This document shows, piece after piece, positions 37,340-47,515 of a stretch of 64,000 nt of DNA. The notes below the pieces were generated by a model. It worked only from the letters and a program-made list of their open reading frames with translations. It searched no databases and was not told the origin of the DNA. Source of the DNA: Bacteroidales bacterium. GTDB taxonomy: Bacteria; Bacteroidota; Bacteroidia; Bacteroidales; UBA10428. Where the stretch lies: assembly GCA_016933335.1 (NCBI GenBank), contig JAFGBD010000008.1, positions 1,353 through 65,352 of the forward strand, in the 5' to 3' direction. The stretch's first letter is position 1, and every line of letters begins with the position of its first letter. The translations under genes were made by a program, and so were the position numbers.

Positions 37340-37921
37340 ATGTATGAATATATTACAGGCAAAATAACAGAAATAACTCCGACCTATGTTATTCTGGAAT
37401 GCAACGGAACAGGATACTTTATTAATATCTCTGTTTCTACATACAGCCAGATTCAGTCGCATAAAGATATAAAGCTGTTTACTCACCTGATTGTCAGAGA
37501 AGATGCACATTTACTGTATGGCTTTTTTAATAAACCTGAAAGGGATATCTTCAGGTTATTGATTTCTGTTTCAGGTATTGGGGCAAATACTGCCAGGATG
37601 ATGCTTTCATCGCTGACACCGGAGGAAATTCAAAAAGCAATTCTTTCCAGTGATGTGAACCTGCTTACAAGCATTAAAGGTATTGGCACCAAATCAGCAC
37701 AACGGATTATTCTGGATCTGAAGGATAAATTAAGCAGCGGGGAAGCCGGTGAAGAAATATTCGCAGTAAAAGACAATAGAATAAAGGATGAAGCGTTATC
37801 TGCATTAGTTATGCTGGGATTTTCGAAATCTGCAGTGGAAAAGGTAATAAGGAAGATCCTGTCAGAAAATAAAGATATTGTTGTCGAGGAATTAATCAAA
37901 AAGGCTTTGAAATCCTTATAA
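37340..37921 (+). CDS. ruvA: Holliday junction DNA helicase subunit RuvA
   Basis: MYEYITGKITEITPTYVILECNGTGY and the HhH motifs LISVSGIGANTARMML / IKGIGTKSAQRI. Confidence 0.93.
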   Translation: MYEYITGKITEITPTYVILECNGTGYFINISVSTYSQIQSHKDIKLFTHLIVREDAHLLYGFFNKPERDIFRLLISVSGIGANTARMMLSSLTPEEIQKAILSSDVNLLTSIKGIGTKSAQRIILDLKDKLSSGEAGEEIFAVKDNRIKDEALSALVMLGFSKSAVEKVIRKILSENKDIVVEELIKKALKSL

Positions 37922-37973
37922 ATTAACGAGTAAGATAGGATATTGACTGATAATTCAATTATTTAACTAAATT

Positions 37974-40900
37974 GTGGATCTATTGAAAGGTAAAACGTTT
38001 ATAAGGAATACAGTACCTACGGTCAGTCTATTATTATTATTTTTACTATCAGCTTATAATAAATCAGCTCATGTAAATGCCCTTTCATACCAGCCAAACG
38101 ATTCCCTGCAAAAAGATACCCTGGAATTGAGATATCCTTTTAAAGACGATGACGGATATCCTTCCCCGGAACCGGACCTTCATCCGCCCCTTTATCTTGA
38201 CCATCCGTCAAATCTCAGTGATACGGTAATCTACGATCCGGAAACCAATCAGTATATTTTCACAAAAAAGATAGGAGATCTGGACTTTCGTCATCCGACA
38301 GTGATGAGTTTTAAAGAATTCTATGAGTATGAGTCACAATTATCCCGGCGCAATTACTGGTTTACCAAGGCCCAGGAAACATCATCAGGAAAAAGGTCCG
38401 GCCTGATCGGAAGAATCCACATGGGTGAAACATTTGACAAGGTCTTCGGAACAGATGCAATCAATATCATACCACAGGGATCTGCCGAACTGATATTCGG
38501 CTATAATATCTCACGTATAGATAATCCCGCACTCTCTGAACGCAACAGAAAAAACGGGGCCTTTACTTTTAAAGAAAAAATTCAGATGAATGTTACCGGA
38601 TCCATTGGTGATAAAATGGAGCTTGGCATCAACTACAATACAGAAGCAACATTTGACTTTGAAAATAAAACCAAACTGGAGTACGCAGGCAAGGAAGATG
38701 AGATCATAAAAAAAATAGAAGCCGGTAATGTCACACTGCCGTTAACCGGTTCGCTGATTTCAGGAAGTCAGAGTTTATTTGGCCTGAAGACCGAGCTTCA
38801 ATTCGGGAAGCTTACCGTTACCAACGTTTTCAGCCATCAAAGAGGCGAATCATCGGTCATTGATGTACAGGGAGGTGCACAAATCAACGAGTTTGAAGTG
38901 AATGTGGATGAATATGATGCCAACAGACATTTTTTCCTCTCCCATTTTTTCAGGGATAACTATAACGACTGGCTTGCATCACCACCATATATCACTTCCG
39001 GTGTACGCATTGAACAAATCGAAGTGTGGATTACCAATAAAACAAGCAATTTTGACAGTGATAACAGGAATTTCGTGGCATTCATGGACCTTGGCGAAAG
39101 CTATTCAAAACATATTGATCAGGAAACCCGCCTTCCTTTGCCTAATTTCCAGGGCCCGGTTGATTTTATCAGACCTGTAAACCAGCCAGACTATCCTGCA
39201 TCGAACGATGCAAATGCCCTTTACCAGGAAATGATCGTGAATTATTCAGGGATCAGGAATATTAAAAACATTGCAACAATATTAGGTCCCCTTGAAGATG
39301 TTTATAATCTGAGAGGAGGCAATGAATACGAAAAAGTAGAGAATGCAAGAAAACTTGCTGAAAGAGAGTATACCGTTAATCGCGAACTGGGCTATATCTC
39401 TCTTAATTCAGCACTCCGAAGTGATGAGGTTCTGGCAGTTGCCTATGTCTACACATACCAGGGAAAAACATACAGGGTCGGGGAAATCTCAACTGAAGGC
39501 GTAAGTGCGCCGGATGCACTCGTTCTTAAACTGCTGAAGGGAACCAGCCTGACACCGAAGCTTAAAACATGGGACCTGATGATGAAGAACATATACTCAA
39601 TAGGAGCTTATCAGGTTAACAGAAAAGATTTCAGGCTTGACATACTTTATCGTAACGATGAAACCGGCGTCGCAATGAATTATATCAAGGAAGAAGATGC
39701 TGCCCCTGCATTCAACAACACCATTCTGTTAAAAGTACTGAACCTTGACAGGCTCGATTCACGCAATGAACCTAATCCCGACGGTGTGTTTGACTATATT
39801 GAAGGAACCACCATTATTTCATCAAACGGAAGGGTTATCTTCCCGCTGGTTGAACCTTTTGGTTCAGATCTGCAAGACAAGATTACAGGAGGTGATTTTA
39901 ATAATCAAACAAGGAATAAGGTCGCTGAAGATTATGTTTTCCAGGAACTCTATGATTCAACTCAAACAAAAGCAAGCCAGATTGCAGAAAAAAACAAGTT
40001 CTTCCTTTCAGGCACATATCAGTCTGCTTCGAGTTCCGAAATACAGCTTAATGCGATGAATGTGCCGCGTAATTCTGTTAAAGTCTCTGCCGGAGGAATT
40101 CAACTGACAGAAGGGATTGACTATACGGTGGATTATACCCTTGGAAGAGTTAAAATATTAAACCAGGGATTGCTTGAATCGGGAACTCCTTTGCGGATTT
40201 CTCTTGAAAACAATGCTTTGTTTAATCTCCAGACAAAAACACTGGTGGGAACGCATATGGACTACCGGGTATCAGATAATTTTATCATGGGAGGAACCCT
40301 GCTTAACCTGACCGAAAGACCTCTTACCCAGAAAGTAAATATGGGTGATGAGCCCATATCAAATACCATCTGGGGGTTGAATACTTCCTACCGTACCAGG
40401 TCACACCTGCTAACCAGCTTAATTGACAAGCTTCCGCTTCTGGAAACCAAAGAAGTCTCAAACATATCGCTGGATGCGGAATTTGCCCATCTGATTCCGG
40501 GACAGGCCAGGGCCATTGGCAAAGGAGGAGTTGCTTATATCGATGATTTTGAGGGCACTGAAACATCTATCGAAATGAAGACAATGCCTTCATGGGTGCT
40601 GGCAAGTACTCCCAGGGAATTTACTGAAGGACAATTGATTAACGAAAGAGCTTATAATTACAACAGGGCAAAACTGGCATGGTATGTTATTGACCCCCTG
40701 TTTACAAGACAAAGTTCAAATACACCTGACCTTCCTGAAGGTGATGTTTCCAGCCATTTCGTACGCGAAATCAAGGAAACGGAAATATATAAGGAAAAAC
40801 AAAGCGGTACCGGTTTTGAGAGTCCGATATCCATCCTGAACCTTGCATTCTATCCGAAAGAAAAAGGACCCTATAATTACGATGTCCATCCTTCACCCTA

Positions 40901-43900
40901 CTCAAGTGGCATTAACAACAGGGGTTTCCTCACTGATCCGCAAACAAGGTGGGGAGGTATTATGCGTGAAATACAAACCAGTGATTTTGAAACATCAAAT
41001 GTTGAATACATTGAATTCTGGCTGATGAATCCCTTTGTATATGACACTCTTAATGAGCCCGGTTTGCTTGGTGGTGATCTTTATTTCAACCTCGGTGAAG
41101 TGTCTGAAGATATCTTAAGGGATTCCCGAAAGGCATTTGAAAACGGACTGCCTCCAACAGATTCTGTCATCCTTGTTGATAGTACTTCCTGGGGAAGAGT
41201 GCCGCGAACACAGTCTGTTGTGAACGACTTTAATACTGACCCGGAAACCAGAAAATACCAGGACGTGGGACTGGACGGATTGTCTGATGAAGATGAGCAG
41301 CAATACTTCCGGACTTATCTGGATGAAGTGAAAAACTACATCACGGATACCACAAGCGATAATTATTTAAGAATCATGACAGATCCCTCAAGCGATAACT
41401 TCAAATATTATCTGAATGATGATTATGATAATGAGGGCGCCGGGGTTATCCAGAGATATAAAAACTATAACGGACTGGAAGGCAATTCGCCGCCAACCGA
41501 AGGCGAATTTGCTGCAGCAAGCACAAAGCCCAATGCTGAAGATATCAACAGGGACAATACACTCAATGAGACCGAAGCCTATTACTCCTATCGGGCAAGC
41601 ATCAGGCCAGGGGACCTGCAGGTTGGGAAAAACTATATTGTCGATAAGGTAAGGGGTACAGATAAAGACGTTGACTGGTATTTATTCAGGATCCCCATCG
41701 CCGATTACGAAAGCAAGCATGGGAATATCGAGGATTTTAAATCCATCAGGTTCATGAGAATGTACCTGAAGAATTTCAGCGATTCGGTTATCATGCGTTT
41801 TGCAGAACTGCACCTTATCCGTGGTGAATGGCGAAAATACCGTTTTGACATGAACGAGGGAGGACCCGGACTCGCAGAACAGGTTGATGACGGCTCATTT
41901 GAGATCTCTGCAGTGAATATTGAAGAAAACTCGGGAAAAGAACCGGTAAATTATATTTTACCGCCTGGTATCAGCAGGGTTATCGATCCCAGTCAGCCTC
42001 AGATAGCAGAGCTAAATGAGCAATCCATGGTCTTCAGGATTTTTAATCTCGCTGATGGTGATGCAAGGGTCGCTTATAAAAACGTTGACCTCGATTTAAG
42101 ACAGTATAATAAACTGAGAATGTTTGTTCATGCAGAGGCCCTAACCGGTGAAATGCTGCAATCAAATGAAATAACAGCATTTATCCGCCTGGGATCCGAT
42201 TACCGGGATAACTATTTTGAATATGAGATCCCGCTGTTACTCACATCACCAGGTGCCTATGATGTTGATAACGATGATGACAGATTGTCTGTCTGGCCTG
42301 AACAAAATACTTTTGAAATTGACCTTGATAAGCTGGTTGAATTGCGGATTGAAAGGGATAATGCCGCAAGAAACGATCCTGTATTTTATGGCAAGACAAG
42401 GATATATAGAAAATATGATGGTGAAAACAACAAGATGAAAGTAAAGGGAACCCCGAATCTTAGCAATATCAGGACAATCATTCTTGGCGTGAGAAATCCC
42501 GGGAATGTTGATAATAAGTTTCCCAATGATGGCTTGCCAAAAAGTGCGGAAATCTGGTTCAATGAATTGCGGCTGACTGATTTCAGCAATAAAGGAGGAT
42601 GGGCGGCAAACGCAAGAGTCCAGGCCAAACTGGCAGATCTGGGAACACTATCGGTGGCTGGAAGCACCATTCAGCCGGGTTTTGGAAGCATCGAACAAAA
42701 AGTCGATGACAGAAAGAAAGAACAGGTTAACCAGTATGATATCTCAACCAATCTGGAACTCGGTAAATTTTTCCCGGAAAAATCAAAGGTTTCCATTCCA
42801 GCCTTTGTTGGGGTATCGAAATCAATCATCAATCCTGAATATTATCCCAAAGAACCTGACAGACTGTTAAAGGATGTGCTCAGCAGTGCGGAAACCCAAA
42901 CTGAAAAGAATGAAATAAAAGAGATATCCCAGGATCTGACAGAGAGAAAAAGCATCAACCTTACAAACGTCAGGGTGGCCAAAGATTTTAAAAAAATAAA
43001 ACCTCTCTCGCCGGCAAACCTCTCTGTCAGTGTTGGATATAGTGATGTCAAATCAAAAAATTACAAGGTAGACAGGAATGATCTGATCAGATACAGGGCG
43101 GCCATTAATTATTCTTATACCATGCGCCCCCTGAGCATTACGCCCCTGAAAAAATCAAAATCTTTTAAATCCCCTAGCCTGAGGCTGATCAAAGATTTCA
43201 ATTTCAGTCCCCTGCCATCACAATTCACGTTCAGAACAGATATCGACAGATACTACAATGAAATTAAGTTAAGAAATGTATATGAAAATGAATATAAAAT
43301 AGAGACCACTGTAAATAAGGACTTCACCTGGAACAGGTTTTATTCACTTCAATGGCAGCTGACAAGATCAATCAGGCTTGATTTTTCTGCAACAAACGTA
43401 GCCAGAATTGATGAACCTGCCGGCACATATGATTTATTCCGTGAAGGTGATAATAAGCATTGGAAAGATTCTGTCTGGTCTAATATGCTCAACGGCGGAA
43501 GAAACATCAACTACAATCACCAGTTGAACGGATCATATACCTTGCCAATCAATAAGATACCTTTGTTCAACTGGCTGTCTTCCTCCGTCAGTTACAGCGG
43601 GAGGTTCAGCTGGGACAGGGGACCGGTCTACAAGGAAGAATATTCGCTTGGGCATACCATTCGCAACTCCAACACAATCCAGATAACAGGGCAGATAAGT
43701 CTGATGAATCTCTATTCCAAAATCGGATTCATCAAAAGGATTGATGCAAAATACAGAGGTGCAAAACAGCCCGAATCTGAAACAAGATACAAGACGGTTA
43801 CCTTTTCAAGAAGGACATTTCTAAAAGCCAACCAGCCAAAAAACATATACCATAAGCTGGGTACACAAAAAATTACTGTCAGCGTTACCGATGAAGAAGG

Positions 43901-45449
43901 TAATGAGATTGAGGCAGACCACGAAATCATTTCTGATAATAAAATATCTGTCACCTCAAAAGAGGATCATTTGGGTATAACAGTCTCTGTTGAAGGACAA
44001 ATTGAAAAAGGTGAAAATCCTTTTGTGTTCATTGCGGAAAATACTGCAAGATTTATTACCGGATTAAAATCGCTGACCATAAACTATTCAAGGCAGGGAG
44101 GCACTACTTTAATGGGTTATATGCCGGTAACAAATATCTTTGGCCTGAATACCGGGAGTTTTAAAATGGCCCCCGGAATACCGTTTATTCTTGGCTGGCA
44201 GGATTCGAGCTTTGTTAAGAAAGCAGCACGTAACGACTGGCTGACACACGATCCGGCTTTCAGTAATCCGTATATTCTTCAGCAAAGCGATAATCTTTCT
44301 CTCCGCGGAACTTTTGAACCATTCAGGGGATTCAGGATTGAGCTCGCAGGACAAAGAACCTATTCCCAGCATACATCCGAATATTTTATCCATGATTCAA
44401 TCAGCGGCACAAACCGTTTTGATTTCGTTAACAAGATCCGCAACGGCTCTTTTACCATTTCCATCATTTCCATCGGGTCAGCATTTGAAAAGATCAGGGC
44501 TGAAGACAATTTCAAATCAAAATGCTTTGAAAATTTCAAAAAATACAGAAAAATTATTGCCGGAAGATTATATTCTGAAAGAGTTGAAAGAAGTGGAATC
44601 GGTTTTCAGGGCTCAGTATTTGACATTGTTGAGGAAGGTTATCCGGATGGTTATGGTTCCACCTCTGCCGAGGTTCTTATACCGGCATTTCTGGCAGCCT
44701 ACACGGGAAAAAATCCCAATACGGTTACCCTCGAACCGTTTCCGGATTTTCTAAGCATACTGCCAAACTGGAGCATCAACTTTGACGGTCTTTCGAGGAT
44801 AGACTTTTTTAAGAACTTTGTAAATTCAGTCAACATCCGTCATTCATACCAGTCGACGTATAATATCGGTTCATATACAACTTATGTTGATCTCACGTTC
44901 GAAAAGGATGGTCTTGCATATATCCGTGATTATCAGAATAATTTTTATCCCGAATACCTGATCAACACCGTCTCTGTCAATGAAAGGCTGAATCCGCTGA
45001 TTAATGTTGACATAACATGGAAGAACAATCTGCTGACCCGTTTTGAAATCGGGAAATCACGCATTCTGGCATTAGGCCTGGCCAATAACCAGCTTACCGA
45101 AACCAGGAATAACGACGTGGTAATCGGAACAGGCTACCGTTTCAAAGAAGTGCCAATTACGATCAATGACAGAACACTCGAAAGTGATTTAAATGTCAGG
45201 ATGGATTTATCTATCCGTGATAACAAAACATTGATAAGACACCTTGCACAAACAGCAGATGATGAAGTTGAACAAATAACAACCGGCCAGCGGATATTCA
45301 CAATCAATGCCACAGCAGACTATGTTCTGAGTCCAAGGTTTAATATCCAGCTTTTTTTCGACAGAACACTGAATAAACCCTATACATCCAGATCTTTTCT
45401 GACTGCAGACACAAACATCGGGTTCAGCATCAGGTTCACCCTGCAATAG
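37974..45449 (+). CDS. sprA: Type IX secretion system translocon / gliding motility protein SprA (Sov)
   Basis: A single 2491-aa ORF with an N-terminal signal-like segment and beta-rich composition. Its size and the ruvA-sprA synteny are as in Flavobacterium/Bacteroidetes SprA. The start is uncertain (GTG 37974 or in-frame TTG 37983). Confidence 0.85.
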   Translation: MDLLKGKTFIRNTVPTVSLLLLFLLSAYNKSAHVNALSYQPNDSLQKDTLELRYPFKDDDGYPSPEPDLHPPLYLDHPSNLSDTVIYDPETNQYIFTKKIGDLDFRHPTVMSFKEFYEYESQLSRRNYWFTKAQETSSGKRSGLIGRIHMGETFDKVFGTDAINIIPQGSAELIFGYNISRIDNPALSERNRKNGAFTFKEKIQMNVTGSIGDKMELGINYNTEATFDFENKTKLEYAGKEDEIIKKIEAGNVTLPLTGSLISGSQSLFGLKTELQFGKLTVTNVFSHQRGESSVIDVQGGAQINEFEVNVDEYDANRHFFLSHFFRDNYNDWLASPPYITSGVRIEQIEVWITNKTSNFDSDNRNFVAFMDLGESYSKHIDQETRLPLPNFQGPVDFIRPVNQPDYPASNDANALYQEMIVNYSGIRNIKNIATILGPLEDVYNLRGGNEYEKVENARKLAEREYTVNRELGYISLNSALRSDEVLAVAYVYTYQGKTYRVGEISTEGVSAPDALVLKLLKGTSLTPKLKTWDLMMKNIYSIGAYQVNRKDFRLDILYRNDETGVAMNYIKEEDAAPAFNNTILLKVLNLDRLDSRNEPNPDGVFDYIEGTTIISSNGRVIFPLVEPFGSDLQDKITGGDFNNQTRNKVAEDYVFQELYDSTQTKASQIAEKNKFFLSGTYQSASSSEIQLNAMNVPRNSVKVSAGGIQLTEGIDYTVDYTLGRVKILNQGLLESGTPLRISLENNALFNLQTKTLVGTHMDYRVSDNFIMGGTLLNLTERPLTQKVNMGDEPISNTIWGLNTSYRTRSHLLTSLIDKLPLLETKEVSNISLDAEFAHLIPGQARAIGKGGVAYIDDFEGTETSIEMKTMPSWVLASTPREFTEGQLINERAYNYNRAKLAWYVIDPLFTRQSSNTPDLPEGDVSSHFVREIKETEIYKEKQSGTGFESPISILNLAFYPKEKGPYNYDVHPSPYSSGINNRGFLTDPQTRWGGIMREIQTSDFETSNVEYIEFWLMNPFVYDTLNEPGLLGGDLYFNLGEVSEDILRDSRKAFENGLPPTDSVILVDSTSWGRVPRTQSVVNDFNTDPETRKYQDVGLDGLSDEDEQQYFRTYLDEVKNYITDTTSDNYLRIMTDPSSDNFKYYLNDDYDNEGAGVIQRYKNYNGLEGNSPPTEGEFAAASTKPNAEDINRDNTLNETEAYYSYRASIRPGDLQVGKNYIVDKVRGTDKDVDWYLFRIPIADYESKHGNIEDFKSIRFMRMYLKNFSDSVIMRFAELHLIRGEWRKYRFDMNEGGPGLAEQVDDGSFEISAVNIEENSGKEPVNYILPPGISRVIDPSQPQIAELNEQSMVFRIFNLADGDARVAYKNVDLDLRQYNKLRMFVHAEALTGEMLQSNEITAFIRLGSDYRDNYFEYEIPLLLTSPGAYDVDNDDDRLSVWPEQNTFEIDLDKLVELRIERDNAARNDPVFYGKTRIYRKYDGENNKMKVKGTPNLSNIRTIILGVRNPGNVDNKFPNDGLPKSAEIWFNELRLTDFSNKGGWAANARVQAKLADLGTLSVAGSTIQPGFGSIEQKVDDRKKEQVNQYDISTNLELGKFFPEKSKVSIPAFVGVSKSIINPEYYPKEPDRLLKDVLSSAETQTEKNEIKEISQDLTERKSINLTNVRVAKDFKKIKPLSPANLSVSVGYSDVKSKNYKVDRNDLIRYRAAINYSYTMRPLSITPLKKSKSFKSPSLRLIKDFNFSPLPSQFTFRTDIDRYYNEIKLRNVYENEYKIETTVNKDFTWNRFYSLQWQLTRSIRLDFSATNVARIDEPAGTYDLFREGDNKHWKDSVWSNMLNGGRNINYNHQLNGSYTLPINKIPLFNWLSSSVSYSGRFSWDRGPVYKEEYSLGHTIRNSNTIQITGQISLMNLYSKIGFIKRIDAKYRGAKQPESETRYKTVTFSRRTFLKANQPKNIYHKLGTQKITVSVTDEEGNEIEADHEIISDNKISVTSKEDHLGITVSVEGQIEKGENPFVFIAENTARFITGLKSLTINYSRQGGTTLMGYMPVTNIFGLNTGSFKMAPGIPFILGWQDSSFVKKAARNDWLTHDPAFSNPYILQQSDNLSLRGTFEPFRGFRIELAGQRTYSQHTSEYFIHDSISGTNRFDFVNKIRNGSFTISIISIGSAFEKIRAEDNFKSKCFENFKKYRKIIAGRLYSERVERSGIGFQGSVFDIVEEGYPDGYGSTSAEVLIPAFLAAYTGKNPNTVTLEPFPDFLSILPNWSINFDGLSRIDFFKNFVNSVNIRHSYQSTYNIGSYTTYVDLTFEKDGLAYIRDYQNNFYPEYLINTVSVNERLNPLINVDITWKNNLLTRFEIGKSRILALGLANNQLTETRNNDVVIGTGYRFKEVPITINDRTLESDLNVRMDLSIRDNKTLIRHLAQTADDEVEQITTGQRIFTINATADYVLSPRFNIQLFFDRTLNKPYTSRSFLTADTNIGFSIRFTLQ

Positions 45450-45531
45450 ATGTTGAAAAAACCTGATAAATATTAACTTTTATCCCCAAAAAAAAATGTA
45501 ATTTTACTTCGAATGTAAATTGAATACTGTT

Positions 45532-45912
45532 ATGAATATACCGGATAACCTCAGGTACACCAAAGACCATGAATGGATCAGACTCAACGGTCAGATTGCT
45601 TTCATCGGAATCACAGATTATGCCCAGAGTGAGTTGGGAGATATTGTATTCCTTGAAATTGAGACCAGGGGAGAACAACTTGAAAAAGGTGAAGTATTCG
45701 GGACTGTTGAAGCTGTTAAAACAGTTTCCGATATTTTCATGCCGGTAGCAGGGAAAGTGATTGAAATCAATTCCAAACTCGAGGATCAACCCGAACTGGT
45801 CAACAAAGATCCGTATGGTGAAGGATGGTTAATAAAGATTGAAGTTACCGAACCTGAAGAGGTTAACGAACTCCTTGACGCAAAAGAATATGAAAAACTG
45901 ATAAGCGCTTAA
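45532..45912 (+). CDS. gcvH: Glycine cleavage system protein H
   Basis: YTKDHEWI and the lipoyl-lysine motif GTVEAVKTVSD. The start was taken at the ATG at 45532. Confidence 0.93.
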   Translation: MNIPDNLRYTKDHEWIRLNGQIAFIGITDYAQSELGDIVFLEIETRGEQLEKGEVFGTVEAVKTVSDIFMPVAGKVIEINSKLEDQPELVNKDPYGEGWLIKIEVTEPEEVNELLDAKEYEKLISA

Positions 45913-45957
45913 TTCTTTATTTATTGCAATCCTGTATCCGGCATAAAATTCCTGACT

Positions 45958-47223
45958 TTATTCTGTTCCCAGATCCCTGACAACCATCTGAATGGTTTGT
46001 TTGTTTCTTTGCTCAAGTACCAGATCCTTGTTTTTCATAACCCTTGTGATTGTCGCTTCATCATAATACCTGATGGTTATCAGTTCAAGACCTTTCATTA
46101 CTCTGACATCAAAAATTTCCTGTAATTCGGCCCTGACATGATCCAGCCGTGTGGTATCATCGTTCACAACCACTTTAAAGCTGACGGCAGAATTTTGCAT
46201 CATGTTTATCTTCAGGCTGTATCGGGCAAAAGAACCAAAAATACTTTCAAGGCTGTCTTCCGCAATAAAAGATAAATCACGTGGAAAGATCTCAACCAGT
46301 ACCTGGTTCATCTTGAAAATGAATGAAGGGATCAGCTTGTCATACGAATCATCCCCGATAATGGTCCCCGGAAGCCGGGGGTCAATGAATGAACGAATAT
46401 GCAGCAGAATGTTCTTACGCTGCAAGGGCTGCACTGTCTTTGGATGAATGACACTGGTTCCGTAATAAGCAAGCTCAATTGCATCCACATATGAAATTTT
46501 CTCGAGTTTTATGGTATCCCTGAAATATTTCGGGTCCGCATTCAATACCCCCGGCACATCTTTCCAGATTGTCACTTCCTTCAGATTAAAAAAATATGCC
46601 ATAACTGCTGCTGTGAAATCAGATCCTTCCCTGCCCAGGGTTGTAGAAAGATTATTGATTGTTGAACCAATAAATCCCTGTGTAATATAGATATCGGCAT
46701 CATTGAAATGAAATGCTTTCCTGACGTAATCTTCAGAAAGCTCATAATTTAACTTTGCCTCCCTGTAATTATTATCGGTTTTCAAGTATTTTCTGATATC
46801 CATCCACCTGACCTTTAAGTTTTCAGACTGAAGGTAATGAAAAACAATCTTCGTTGATAATATTTCGCCGTAAGGTACGATCTGATCGTATTCAAAATTA
46901 TAATGTGCCGATGGTTCCTCATCCAGCTTCTCCTGCAACTTAGTGAAGATTTGATTGATATCTGCATATATACTGTGCGATTTATCCGGGAACAGACCAT
47001 TGATGATGGCATAATGATAGTCTTTCACAAAATTCAGGCTTTCAGGTAACCCGGGTTTACGGTGATAATAATCATCAGCAACCTTTTCCAGCGCATTTGT
47101 GGTCTTTCCCATGGCGGAAATAACCACGATCAGCTGGTCGTTGAACGATCTTAAAATATGCTCAAGATTTCTGACTGCCTCAGCGTTTTTTATCACGGCA
47201 CCTCCGAATTTAAAGACTTTCAT
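45958..47223 (-). CDS. lysC: Aspartate kinase
   Basis: MKVFKFGG, VVISAMGKTTNALE, TLGREGSDFTAA, and C-terminal ACT-like region. Confidence 0.9.
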   Translation of the reverse strand: MKVFKFGGAVIKNAEAVRNLEHILRSFNDQLIVVISAMGKTTNALEKVADDYYHRKPGLPESLNFVKDYHYAIINGLFPDKSHSIYADINQIFTKLQEKLDEEPSAHYNFEYDQIVPYGEILSTKIVFHYLQSENLKVRWMDIRKYLKTDNNYREAKLNYELSEDYVRKAFHFNDADIYITQGFIGSTINNLSTTLGREGSDFTAAVMAYFFNLKEVTIWKDVPGVLNADPKYFRDTIKLEKISYVDAIELAYYGTSVIHPKTVQPLQRKNILLHIRSFIDPRLPGTIIGDDSYDKLIPSFIFKMNQVLVEIFPRDLSFIAEDSLESIFGSFARYSLKINMMQNSAVSFKVVVNDDTTRLDHVRAELQEIFDVRVMKGLELITIRYYDEATITRVMKNKDLVLEQRNKQTIQMVVRDLGTE

Positions 47224-47515
47224 ACGTTTATCGGTTTAAACATTTACTTTTTTTGATACAATAAAGTAATGAATTAATTCTGAAACGAACTGATTAAAAC
47301 AATATTTTATATTCTGAATTGACTTAAAATCACCGGTCCGATTTATGAAAAATGCATAATAATCATCGCATTGTCTGCTTCTTCATATCTGCAAAAGTAT
47401 CACCCTTTATCGTGGTACTTTTTAAGATTTTATGTTTCTGATTCCGGAAAATTATCACGATTTTTGCGCCGGATTAAATCCTTTAATTCAATAATTCAAA
47501 ATAAACATACCCGCT

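Noticed and set aside
47224-47515. Possible lysine riboswitch or leader peptide upstream of lysC. A short ORF, MKKQTMR, lies downstream of a TACTTTTG -7-like box.
   Set aside because: I could not recognise L-box core sequences or a terminator/antiterminator pair. The 7-codon ORF, with two Lys codons and a weak 4-bp hairpin, is not persuasive.
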